DNA of 64,000 bases from positions 86,161 to 150,160 of the forward strand of contig JAFQQE010000012.1 of NCBI GenBank assembly GCA_017411405.1. Direction: 5' to 3'. This DNA comes from Bacilli bacterium. Lineage in GTDB: Bacteria; Bacillota_I; Bacilli_A; RF39; UBA660. Below the pieces are notes generated by a model. It made no database searches, was not told where the DNA came from, and was given only the letters and a program-made list of their open reading frames with translations. This document shows, in pieces, positions 51,042 to 60,289 of the stretch. Made by a program: the position numbers and the translations under genes. The number at the start of each line of letters is the position of its first letter. The first letter of the stretch is position 1.

Positions 51042-51141
51042 CTTAGTAAAAATATGGTATAAAACTTAATTAATTACAAAAAATAAGGAAATCGAAAAGT
51101 AAGAAAAACTTTTATATAAAACAATAAAGAAGGAGGTAGCA

Positions 51142-51996
51142 ATGAAGAAAATTGGAGATAAATATACTAACAATACTTTTGAAAACATAAAGCATATTGA
51201 TGATTATGGCAATGAATTTTGGTTTGCTCGTGAATTACAAAAAGTATTGGAATATAAAGATTGGAGAAATTTTCAAAAAGTAATAGATAAAGCAGTTATA
51301 TCAGCAAACAATAGTGTTTCAAGTAAAGAAGATTGGGTTGTCGAGGTTAACAAGCCAATAAAAACTGGAAAAGGTAAAGAAGAAATTATTAAAGACTATA
51401 AACTTTCAAGATATATATGTTATTTAATAGTACAAAATGCTGATCCAAGTAAAGAAGTTGTTGCCTTAGGACAAACATATTTTGCTATACAAACTAGAAA
51501 ACAAGAAATAACGGAACAAGAATATGATTTGCTGTCAGATGATGAAAAAAGATTTTATCAAAGAAAATTAACAAGACAAGGTAATTACACACTACAAAAA
51601 GTTGCATCATCTGCTGGTGTTAAAAATATGGCTGAATTCCATAATGCAGGATATAAAGGACTATATAATGGTGAAACTGCTGATGATATTTTTAAAAGAA
51701 AGAAATTAAGATATAGAGAAGATATTTTAGATAATATGAATGAAGATGAATTAGTTGCTAATTTATTTAGAATAAATCAAACAAAGCAAAGACTAATAAG
51801 AGATAATGTACAAGGAGAAAAAGAAGCGAAAGATGTACATTATGAAGTTGGTCAAAAAGTTAGGAAAGCAATTTTAGATATTGGTGGAATGATGCCAGAA
51901 GAAATGCCAACACCTAAAAAGAGTTTAAAAGAACTTGAAAGAGAAAAGAAACAATTAGAAACTAAAGATCAAAAGAAACTTGAGGGAATAAAATAA
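51142..51996 (+). CDS. dinD: DNA damage-inducible protein D (BRO-N domain)
   Basis: FENIKH, EFWFARELQ..LEY..WRNF, QTYFAIQTRKQE, FHNAGYKGLY. Confidence 0.9.
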   Translation: MKKIGDKYTNNTFENIKHIDDYGNEFWFARELQKVLEYKDWRNFQKVIDKAVISANNSVSSKEDWVVEVNKPIKTGKGKEEIIKDYKLSRYICYLIVQNADPSKEVVALGQTYFAIQTRKQEITEQEYDLLSDDEKRFYQRKLTRQGNYTLQKVASSAGVKNMAEFHNAGYKGLYNGETADDIFKRKKLRYREDILDNMNEDELVANLFRINQTKQRLIRDNVQGEKEAKDVHYEVGQKVRKAILDIGGMMPEEMPTPKKSLKELEREKKQLETKDQKKLEGIK

Positions 51997-52011
51997 AGGA
52001 AGTGTTAAATA

Positions 52012-52935
52012 ATGGATATGTATCAAAAAAGAGAGATGAGAAAAAATAAAAAGATTGTCGAAAACACAAAAAGTTTACCATCGACGAATATCAACTGGTT
52101 TCCAGGACATATGCAAAAAACAAAACGTCAAATAAGTGAATTATTGCCTCTTATAGATGTTGTATATGAGCTTATTGATGCTAGGATACCATATTCTAGT
52201 AAAATTGTAGATATAGACAATATTATAAAGAATAAACCAAGAATACTTATTATGACTAAATATGATTTATGTGATAAGGAAGAGACCTGTAAATGGGTTA
52301 AATATTATGAGGATAAAGGATATAAAGTTATAAAGGCTAATTTGAATAATAGTGATATTATTAAAGATATTACTAGAATTACTAATGATTTTATGGAAGA
52401 AATTAATAGTAAGAGATTAGATAAAGGTATGAAAGAAAAACAAATTAAGGCTTTGGTAATTGGAATACCTAATGTTGGTAAAAGTACTTTGATTAACAAA
52501 ATGGTTGGTAAGAAAGTTAGTGATGTTGGTAATAAGCCTGGTGTTACTAAAAATTTAACTTGGTTAAAAACAAATAGTAATATATTATTGTTGGATACTC
52601 CGGGAATATTATGGCCTAAATTTGATAATAATGAAGTTGCTCTTAATTTAGCCAGTATGACAGCTATCAAACAAGAAATACTTGATAAAGATGAAATTGC
52701 TATACATATTTTAAATAAATTATATAATTTTTATCCAAATATTTTAAAGATGAGATATAATATTGATTATATTGATGATGATTTATGTGTTACTTATGAT
52801 GCTATAGGTAAAAAAATAGGTGCTATTATTAGTGGCGGAGAAGTTGATTATAATAGAGTAAGTGATCATATTTTAAACGATATAAAAAATGAATATGTAA
52901 AGGATATTACATTTGATAGGATAGATGATAAATGA
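52012..52935 (+). CDS. rbgA: ribosome biogenesis GTPase RbgA/YlqF
   Basis: NWFPGHM, DARIP.SS, GIPNVGKS, DTPGILWP. Confidence 0.95.
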   Translation: MDMYQKREMRKNKKIVENTKSLPSTNINWFPGHMQKTKRQISELLPLIDVVYELIDARIPYSSKIVDIDNIIKNKPRILIMTKYDLCDKEETCKWVKYYEDKGYKVIKANLNNSDIIKDITRITNDFMEEINSKRLDKGMKEKQIKALVIGIPNVGKSTLINKMVGKKVSDVGNKPGVTKNLTWLKTNSNILLLDTPGILWPKFDNNEVALNLASMTAIKQEILDKDEIAIHILNKLYNFYPNILKMRYNIDYIDDDLCVTYDAIGKKIGAIISGGEVDYNRVSDHILNDIKNEYVKDITFDRIDDK

Positions 52936-53612
52936 AAATTACAGATGATGAGAAGATAGAAAGAATAGATGAAATAGAAAGAATTTTGATAGAAATATTA
53001 GATTTAGATAATATATTTTCTGTAGAAGAAAAAAGTTCTTTTTTTGAAAAGATAATACCTTATTTACAACATAATAGAAATAAAACTTTATTAGGAAGAA
53101 AACCTGAAACTATTGAAAGACAAATTGATAATTATATTAATTTTTGTAAAAGTATAGGATTAAAAAAAATTGAAATAGTAAAAAGTATATATAATTTTCC
53201 TAGTATAATACATACATTTAATGAAGAGGATTTTTTATACAAATATATTTTAATGAGTGTTGTTGAAAATGAGGATAATACTATTAGAAAGAATATGATA
53301 GTAGAAAAGCCTGAAGATTTTAAAATTAGTTTAAATGTATTATATGCTAGATATTGTTTAATGAAAGATTTAAAATATCCTAATATAACATGGAGAAATT
53401 TAATACATGATTCTCATAATGATTTTGTAAGTAAGTTTGTTAAAAGAGGGTATGATAAAGCTTATAAGGTTTATAAAAGTTGTGATATGTTGACTAAAGA
53501 AGTATTAGAAAATATGTATCCTGTTGATTATAATTTTATTTTAGAATTAGATAATTTAGATATAAATAATTTTGGTGTTAGTGATGAAAAAAGAAATAAT
53601 AAAAAATTTTGA
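52932..53612 (+). CDS. hypothetical protein inserted between rbgA and rnhB
   Basis: 226-aa ORF overlapping both neighbours. Confidence 0.65.
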   Translation: MKITDDEKIERIDEIERILIEILDLDNIFSVEEKSSFFEKIIPYLQHNRNKTLLGRKPETIERQIDNYINFCKSIGLKKIEIVKSIYNFPSIIHTFNEEDFLYKYILMSVVENEDNTIRKNMIVEKPEDFKISLNVLYARYCLMKDLKYPNITWRNLIHDSHNDFVSKFVKRGYDKAYKVYKSCDMLTKEVLENMYPVDYNFILELDNLDINNFGVSDEKRNNKKF

Positions 53613-54216
53613 TAATTTAGCATATGAAAAAGAATTATATAAAAGTGGTGTAAAATTAATTGCAGGTGTTGATGAAGTTGGTCGTGGGCCATTAATAGGT
53701 CCTGTTGTTGCAGCTGCTGTAATTTTACCTTCTAATTATAAATTAGAAGGACTTACTGATTCTAAAAAGTTAAGCGAAAAAAAAAGAGATGAATACTATA
53801 AAATTATAATGGAAAATGCAATTGCTGTTGGTATTGGTATTATTGATGAAAATGTAATTGATGAGGTTAATATATATGAAGCTACTAAGTTAGCTATGAA
53901 GGACGCTATTGATAAATTAAGTGTTAAACCAGAACATGTTTTAATAGATGCTATGCCTTTAGATATAGAGATTAATACAACTAGCATTATTAAAGGAGAT
54001 CTTTTTAGTCAATCTATAGCAGCAGCTAGTGTTATTGCAAAAGTAACAAGAGACAGTATGATGTATGAGTTAGATAAAAAATATCCTATGTATGGTTTTG
54101 CTAGTCATAAAGGTTATCCGACTAAGAAACATATAGATGCAATAAATGAATATGGTTTAATTGATGGGTATAGAAAGACTTATGCTCCTATTAAAGATAT
54201 AGTTAAGGAGGGTTAA
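53584..54216 (+). CDS. rnhB: ribonuclease HII
   Basis: GVDEVGRGPL.GPV, DSKKL, IAAASVIAKVTRD, HKGYPT. Confidence 0.97.
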   Translation: MKKEIIKNFDNLAYEKELYKSGVKLIAGVDEVGRGPLIGPVVAAAVILPSNYKLEGLTDSKKLSEKKRDEYYKIIMENAIAVGIGIIDENVIDEVNIYEATKLAMKDAIDKLSVKPEHVLIDAMPLDIEINTTSIIKGDLFSQSIAAASVIAKVTRDSMMYELDKKYPMYGFASHKGYPTKKHIDAINEYGLIDGYRKTYAPIKDIVKEG

Positions 54217-54218
54217 AA

Positions 54219-55190
54219 ATGGGTTTGTTTGATAAATTTAAGTCTATTTTTAAAAAAGAAGAGAAAAAAGATTTAGAAAGTTATGATAAGGGTTTAGAAA
54301 AAACTCGTAATGAGTTTGTTAGTGAATTAAATTTGTTAGGTATAAAATATACTAAAGTTACTGAAGAATATTTTGAAGAATTAGAAAGTTTATTAATAAA
54401 AGCTGATATTGGTGTTAATACTGTATTTGATTTTTTAGATAAATTAAGAAAAAGAGTTAAAAGTGAAAATATTACTGATACTAATATGTTAAAAGAAGTA
54501 ATAGTTGATGAATTATTTTTAATATATGTTAATGGAGATAGTTTAAGTGATAAAATAAATTTTAATAGTGATGGGCCTACGGTACTTTTGTTTGTTGGGG
54601 TTAATGGAGTAGGTAAAACGACTACAATAGGTAAGCTTGCTAATAAGTATAAATTAGAAGGTAAAAAAGTTATGTTAATTGCTGGTGATACTTTTAGAGC
54701 AGGAGCTGTAGAACAATTGAAAATTTGGGCTGATAGAACTAATTCTTTGTTTTTTGGTAAAGAGGGAATAGATCCTGCAGGTGTTGTTTATGAAGGAATA
54801 GAAAACGCTTTAAAAGAAGATGTTGATATAGTATTAGTTGATACTGCAGGAAGACTTCAAAATAAAGTTAATTTAATGAATGAATTAGAAAAAATTAATA
54901 AAGTTATAGGTAGATTAATTCCTAATGCCCCTCAAGAAACTTTACTAATTATAGATGCAACCACTGGACAAAATGGTATATTACAAGCAGAAAGTTTTAA
55001 GGAGGTTACAGATATTACTGGTATTGTTTTAACTAAATTAGATGGTACTGCTAAGGGCGGTATAGTACTCGCGATAAAAGAGAGTGTTGGAATACCTGTT
55101 AAATTTATTGGACTTGGTGAAGGCGTTGATGATTTAAAAACGTTTGATATTGAAGAATATATATATGGTTTATTTAAGGATATGATGTGA
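54219..55190 (+). CDS. ftsY: SRP receptor FtsY
   Basis: GVNGVGKTTTIGKLA, DTFRAGA, DTAGRL, TKLDGTAKGG. Confidence 0.97.
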   Translation: MGLFDKFKSIFKKEEKKDLESYDKGLEKTRNEFVSELNLLGIKYTKVTEEYFEELESLLIKADIGVNTVFDFLDKLRKRVKSENITDTNMLKEVIVDELFLIYVNGDSLSDKINFNSDGPTVLLFVGVNGVGKTTTIGKLANKYKLEGKKVMLIAGDTFRAGAVEQLKIWADRTNSLFFGKEGIDPAGVVYEGIENALKEDVDIVLVDTAGRLQNKVNLMNELEKINKVIGRLIPNAPQETLLIIDATTGQNGILQAESFKEVTDITGIVLTKLDGTAKGGIVLAIKESVGIPVKFIGLGEGVDDLKTFDIEEYIYGLFKDMM

Positions 55191-55471
55191 TGGAAGAAAG
55201 AGAATATATTATTGCTTTATATGAATATTATGGTAAATTGTTGACTTTAAAACAACAAAGTTATTTTGAAGATTATTATTATGATAATTTAACTATGGAA
55301 GAGATTGCTATAAATGATTCTGTAAGTAAAAATGCAGTTAGTAAACAGTTAATTAGTATAAAAGATAAATTAATATCTTTAGAAGAAATACTTAATTTAT
55401 ATAGTAATAGAATAAAAATTAATAAAATTTTAAAAGAAACAGACTTTAATAAAATAAGTGAGTATATTTAA
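55190..55471 (+). CDS. ylxM: YlxM/p13-like helix-turn-helix protein
   Basis: LYEYYG.LLT.KQ..Y...YY..NL...EIA....VS..AV; follows ftsY. Confidence 0.85.
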   Translation: MEEREYIIALYEYYGKLLTLKQQSYFEDYYYDNLTMEEIAINDSVSKNAVSKQLISIKDKLISLEEILNLYSNRIKINKILKETDFNKISEYI

Positions 55472-55608
55472 AATACTTAGTTTGATTACTGAGTATTTTT
55501 TAATTTAAATAAATATATAAACACTTGTTTTGTTTCTTAAAGATAAAAATTTGACAAAAAAGAAAAATAGTGTATAATAGTAGCCGTTAAAGAAAGAGGG
55601 AATGTTTT

Positions 55609-57366
55609 GTGAAAAATTTAGTTAAAATTATTTTATGTTTTATTTTTGTTTTTAGTTTTTCTTTAAATGTTTATGCTGCTAGTTCTAGTATAACAGTAAG
55701 TAAAACCGGTGATGAATTAGAATATATAAATGGTTTAAAGATTAATGAAAATAAAGCAAGTTCTTATAAGATTTATGTATTAGATAAAGATACATATTTT
55801 GATAGTAAGAAAACTTTAAAAAATCCAGTTTTAGCTGATTCTGGTATAAGTTATATTATTAATAATAGTGATGTAACTAGTAATAGTGATAGAAATTATT
55901 ATATTACACAAGTAGCTATACTATGGTATCAAGATGTTTTAAATGGTAATGATAATAATATAAGTAGTGAAATGAAAACTTATATTAAAAATAATACTAA
56001 AAAAACAGAGTGTTATTATATTAATAAGTTAGTAAATGGTGCTATAGAATATAGCAAATCTTCGAATTTATTAAATATAGTTACTGAAGATATTACTTTT
56101 AGTAAAGAAGGAAGTTATTATTATTCTAATGAGATAGAAGTAGAATCTTATAATTTAAAAAGTAATCCTGTTATTAAGTTATATAATGATCCAAAGAATA
56201 CTGATATAATTGAAGAGGATCTTACTAAAGATGGTATTAGTACTTTTAAAATTAAAGTTCCTGTAAAATCTTTAGAAGAAGATATTATTGATTTTGAATT
56301 AAATGTAACAGGCAAAGTAAATGATGATAATTATTATCAATATGATAATGTTATATATAGTAGAAAATATACTGATACTATTAATGTAAATGATAATATG
56401 ATAGTTAGTATAGAAGAATTTAAAACAACTTATGTAAGAATTGAAGTAATAGATAATGATGGAGATTATATTAGTGGATTAAACTTTAAAGTATATAGTG
56501 GTGATTGTACTAATACAACTTGTTCTAGTAAAAATTTAGTACATAGTTTTACTACTAAGAGTGTTTATACTACTTTAAGTAATAAATTAACTTATGGAAC
56601 TTATACAGTTGTTTTATCAAGTAAAACAAAATATGATTTACCAGAAAAGACTTTAATTGAAGTATTAAATATAGAAGATACTCAAAAATTTATTATTAAA
56701 GAAACTGGTGATAATGTAGCTGATAATGAAGATGTTAAAGACGATAATACTAATGATAAAGATATAGTAAATAATAAGAATATATATATTTATAATGATA
56801 TTAAAGATAAGAATAATACTTTAAGTATATATGATATAAAAGGTAATTTAGCACATAGTTATAGTAGTGATAATAATCCATATAACATTAATTTAAGTGT
56901 TGGAGAATATTACATAATAGATTCAAATAATTTATTAGATAAAGTTTATTTTATGATAACTAGTAGTGATGAATTAATGGTTAAAGTTAATGGAATTTAT
57001 GTTAGTGCTAATTATATAACATTAAATAAAATTATATTTGAAGACGTTGAAGATGACGATTTAATAGTAGATGATAATATAAATAATAATGATAATGTTA
57101 CTGATAATAATTCTAGTAATAATAACTATTATGTAGATGAAAATGGTAATATACATATAGACAATATTGATGGAATAGATAGTATAGAAATTACAAACAA
57201 AGTTGAAACTAATACTGATGTTGAGATTAATTGGCTTGATAAAGTTGTAGATTGTCCTACTACTAGTTTATCTTCTAGCTTAAAATATATAATTGGTGCA
57301 ATTATTTTAAGTACTGGTTTATATTTAGTAATTAGAAATGTCAAGAGAAGTAAAAATAATATTTAG
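55609..57366 (+). CDS. sortase-anchored surface protein with TQxA(I)W thioester-like domain
   Basis: Signal peptide, YYITQVAILWY, C-terminal CPTTS + TM + basic tail; adjacent to a sortase. Confidence 0.7.
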   Translation: MKNLVKIILCFIFVFSFSLNVYAASSSITVSKTGDELEYINGLKINENKASSYKIYVLDKDTYFDSKKTLKNPVLADSGISYIINNSDVTSNSDRNYYITQVAILWYQDVLNGNDNNISSEMKTYIKNNTKKTECYYINKLVNGAIEYSKSSNLLNIVTEDITFSKEGSYYYSNEIEVESYNLKSNPVIKLYNDPKNTDIIEEDLTKDGISTFKIKVPVKSLEEDIIDFELNVTGKVNDDNYYQYDNVIYSRKYTDTINVNDNMIVSIEEFKTTYVRIEVIDNDGDYISGLNFKVYSGDCTNTTCSSKNLVHSFTTKSVYTTLSNKLTYGTYTVVLSSKTKYDLPEKTLIEVLNIEDTQKFIIKETGDNVADNEDVKDDNTNDKDIVNNKNIYIYNDIKDKNNTLSIYDIKGNLAHSYSSDNNPYNINLSVGEYYIIDSNNLLDKVYFMITSSDELMVKVNGIYVSANYITLNKIIFEDVEDDDLIVDDNINNNDNVTDNNSSNNNYYVDENGNIHIDNIDGIDSIEITNKVETNTDVEINWLDKVVDCPTTSLSSSLKYIIGAIILSTGLYLVIRNVKRSKNNI

Positions 57367-57982
57367 TTTTATTATATTATTTGTTGGTTTATGTATATTT
57401 TGTTCTGAATATTTTGAATCTAAAAAAATTGCTGTATATGATTATATGAATGGGTTATATTATAATAATGATTCTAAGATTGATGAAGAAGATATACTTA
57501 TTAATGAAGAAGTTATAGAGAATAATGAGGAAATAGAGTTAGAAGATACTAAAGAAGAAGAAAAAGTAGTTGAAAAAGTAAAATATATTGGATATTTAAA
57601 TATACCTAAGATTAATTTAAAAAAAGGATTTACTAATATAGAAAGTAAATATAATACAGTTAGTAGAAATATACAAATATTAGATAGTTCTGATTATCCT
57701 GACAAAGTTAATGGTAATGTTATATTTGCAAGTCATTCTGGGAATTCTAGTGTATCTTATTTTAAAAAATTATATTTGTTAGGTATAGGGGATAATGTTT
57801 ATATAGAGTATAATAGTAAAAATTATACTTATCAAATAGTTGATATATATGAAGTAGAAAAGACAGGTAAAGTTAATATAAGAAGAAATAAAGATAAAAG
57901 TATATTAACTTTGATTACTTGTACTAAGAATAATAGTGAAACTCAAACTGTATATATTAGTGAACTTATAAGTGTAGAGTAA
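57338..57982 (+). CDS. sortase
   Basis: N-terminal TM, IG.L.IPKINL, GNVIFASH, LTLITC. Confidence 0.9.
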   Translation: MSREVKIIFSFIILFVGLCIFCSEYFESKKIAVYDYMNGLYYNNDSKIDEEDILINEEVIENNEEIELEDTKEEEKVVEKVKYIGYLNIPKINLKKGFTNIESKYNTVSRNIQILDSSDYPDKVNGNVIFASHSGNSSVSYFKKLYLLGIGDNVYIEYNSKNYTYQIVDIYEVEKTGKVNIRRNKDKSILTLITCTKNNSETQTVYISELISVE

Positions 57983-57997
57983 AAAGGGGTGCTTTAT

Positions 57998-58591
57998 ATG
58001 GTTGAATTTAATTTATTAGAAAAATTAAATATAATATTTGATTTTATAAAGAAAAATTCTTTAATAAGTTTAGTTATATTACTTATTATAGTAATGTTAT
58101 TAGATTTGTTTTATGGAAAAAATAAGAAGAGTACTAAAATAACATATAGTATAATAATATGTTTAAGTCTAATATATATATTTATGATTTATTATAAACC
58201 ATTATTTAATATAATAGATGTTTATATAACTAATATAGTTAAACTTACTTATTTTCCTTCTATTATAGATTATATTAGTTTTGTTTTTGTTAGTGTATTT
58301 ATACAAATATTTTCTTATAAGAAGGGTAGTAATGTAATAAAAAATATTAATTTATGGTGTGGGATATTTATAGAGATATTATTTATTATAAATGTTATTG
58401 CAATGAATAATATAGTAGTTGATTTAAATAGTGTAACTTCTATATATCAAAATGATTTATTATTAAGTATATTTCAAATAACTGGTTTAGTATTTGTTAT
58501 TTGGTTATTATTTAATATTATGTATTTAATAGTTCATATATTTGTTAATAATAGAATTGAAATGCCTAAATTAAATGAATATTATGAATAA
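57998..58591 (+). CDS. hypothetical multi-pass membrane protein
   Basis: About five hydrophobic segments, YFPS motif. Confidence 0.65.
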   Translation: MVEFNLLEKLNIIFDFIKKNSLISLVILLIIVMLLDLFYGKNKKSTKITYSIIICLSLIYIFMIYYKPLFNIIDVYITNIVKLTYFPSIIDYISFVFVSVFIQIFSYKKGSNVIKNINLWCGIFIEILFIINVIAMNNIVVDLNSVTSIYQNDLLLSIFQITGLVFVIWLLFNIMYLIVHIFVNNRIEMPKLNEYYE

Positions 58592-58596
58592 ATGTC

Positions 58597-58705
58597 AAAA
58601 ACAGTGCAAAAAGGATTAAAAAATATAAAAATGCACTGTTTTTTTAAAATTTAGTGCAAAAATGGTTAAAAAAACACAAAAATGCACTGTTTTTTTAAAA
58701 TTTAG
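58597..58705 (+). repeat. ~50-bp tandem duplication of a hairpin/terminator-like element
   Basis: AGTGCAAAAA..AAAAATGCACTGTTTTTTTAAAATTT starts at 58603 and 58653. Confidence 0.8.
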
Positions 58706-58775
58706 TTTATTTTTAAAAATATTACTCAATAAAATTATAAAGTATGTTATAATTTATTAGATAAGAGGTGTTATT

Positions 58776-60203
58776 ATGAAAGATAATAAAAATATAACTA
58801 GTAGAGATGTAGATTTTGCTAAATGGTATAATGATGTTATTTTTAATGCTGATTTAATTGATTATTCAAGTGTTAAAGGAAGTATGATTATTAGACCTTA
58901 TGGTTATGCTATTTGGGAAAATATACAAAGTGTATTAGATAAGAAGTTTAAAGAATTAGGTCATGTTAATGTACAAATGCCTATGTTTATACCTGAAAGT
59001 TTATTAAATATAGAAAAAGATCATGTAGAAGGTTTTGCTCCTGAGGTTGCTTGGGTAACTCATGGAGGGAATACTCTATTAGATGAAAGAATGTGTGTAA
59101 GACCTACTAGTGAAGTTTTATTTTGTGATCATTATAAAAAGATTATTAAAAGTTATAGGGATCTTCCTCTTTTATATAATCAATGGTGTACTATAGTTAG
59201 ATGGGAAAAAGAAACTAGACCATTTTTAAGAAGTAGAGAGATATTATGGCAAGAAGGTCATACTATGCATGCTACAGAAGAGGAAGCTAAAGAAGAAACT
59301 TTAAGAATGTTTAAAGTATATGAAGATTTTCAAAAGAATTATTTAGCTTTACCTGTTATAGTTGGTAAAAAAAGTGATAAAGAAAAGTTTGCTGGTGCTG
59401 AAGAAACTTATACTATTGAAGCAATGATGTATAATGGAGTTGCTTTACAAAATGGAACTAGTCATTATTTTGGACAAAAATTTACAAAAGCTTTTGATAT
59501 TAAATTTTTAAATAGAGAAAATAAGTGGGAACATCCATATCAAACTAGTTGGGGTGTTACTACTCGTATGATAGGCGCAATTATAATGACACATGGAGAT
59601 GATTATGGACTTGTGCTACCTCCAAATATAGCTCCTATAAAAGTATGTATAGTACCTATTAAAGAAACTGATGAAGTTAAAGAATGTATAAAATATTTAG
59701 AAGATGGATTAAAAGCAAATGATATAACATTTATAACTGATCATTCTGATAAATCTGCTGGATTTAAATTTGCTGAAGCTGAAGTAAAAGGATATCCAAT
59801 TAGAATAGAAATTGGACCAAGAGATTTAGAACGTGGTGAAGTAACTTTAGTTAGACGTGATACTAGAGAAAAAATTACTATTAATAAAATTGACGCTATT
59901 TATAATATTAAAACTTTATTAATTGATATACAACATAATTTATATGATACTGCTGAAAAACGTAGAAATAGTATGTTATATAATGATGTAAAAACTTACG
60001 AAGAATTAAAAGATATTGCATTAAATAAACCGGGATTTGCATTAGTTAATTGGTGTGGCAATCAAGAATGTGAAGATAAAATTAAAGATGAATTAGGATT
60101 AAAATCTCGTTGTATACCAACTAATCATGATATAAGTGATGGTAACTGTGTAGTTTGTGGTAAAGAAGGCAAAGTAAAAATATATTTTGGTAAACAATAT
60201 TAA
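58776..60203 (+). CDS. proS: proline--tRNA ligase (archaeal/eukaryote-like type)
   Basis: HVEGFAPEV, RPTSE, WQEGHT, QTSWG.TTR; C-terminal Y. Confidence 0.96.
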   Translation: MKDNKNITSRDVDFAKWYNDVIFNADLIDYSSVKGSMIIRPYGYAIWENIQSVLDKKFKELGHVNVQMPMFIPESLLNIEKDHVEGFAPEVAWVTHGGNTLLDERMCVRPTSEVLFCDHYKKIIKSYRDLPLLYNQWCTIVRWEKETRPFLRSREILWQEGHTMHATEEEAKEETLRMFKVYEDFQKNYLALPVIVGKKSDKEKFAGAEETYTIEAMMYNGVALQNGTSHYFGQKFTKAFDIKFLNRENKWEHPYQTSWGVTTRMIGAIIMTHGDDYGLVLPPNIAPIKVCIVPIKETDEVKECIKYLEDGLKANDITFITDHSDKSAGFKFAEAEVKGYPIRIEIGPRDLERGEVTLVRRDTREKITINKIDAIYNIKTLLIDIQHNLYDTAEKRRNSMLYNDVKTYEELKDIALNKPGFALVNWCGNQECEDKIKDELGLKSRCIPTNHDISDGNCVVCGKEGKVKIYFGKQY

Positions 60204-60289
60204 AATCATAAGACAAAAATCTTGTGATTTTTTTATTGAAAAAACACTTCATTTATATTATACTTATTAATAGAGAGTAGGAATACATT

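Noticed and set aside
58597-58705. Mini-CRISPR or cassette arm
   Set aside because: Only two near-identical ~50-bp copies of a terminator-like hairpin; no GGTCA phasing and no core.
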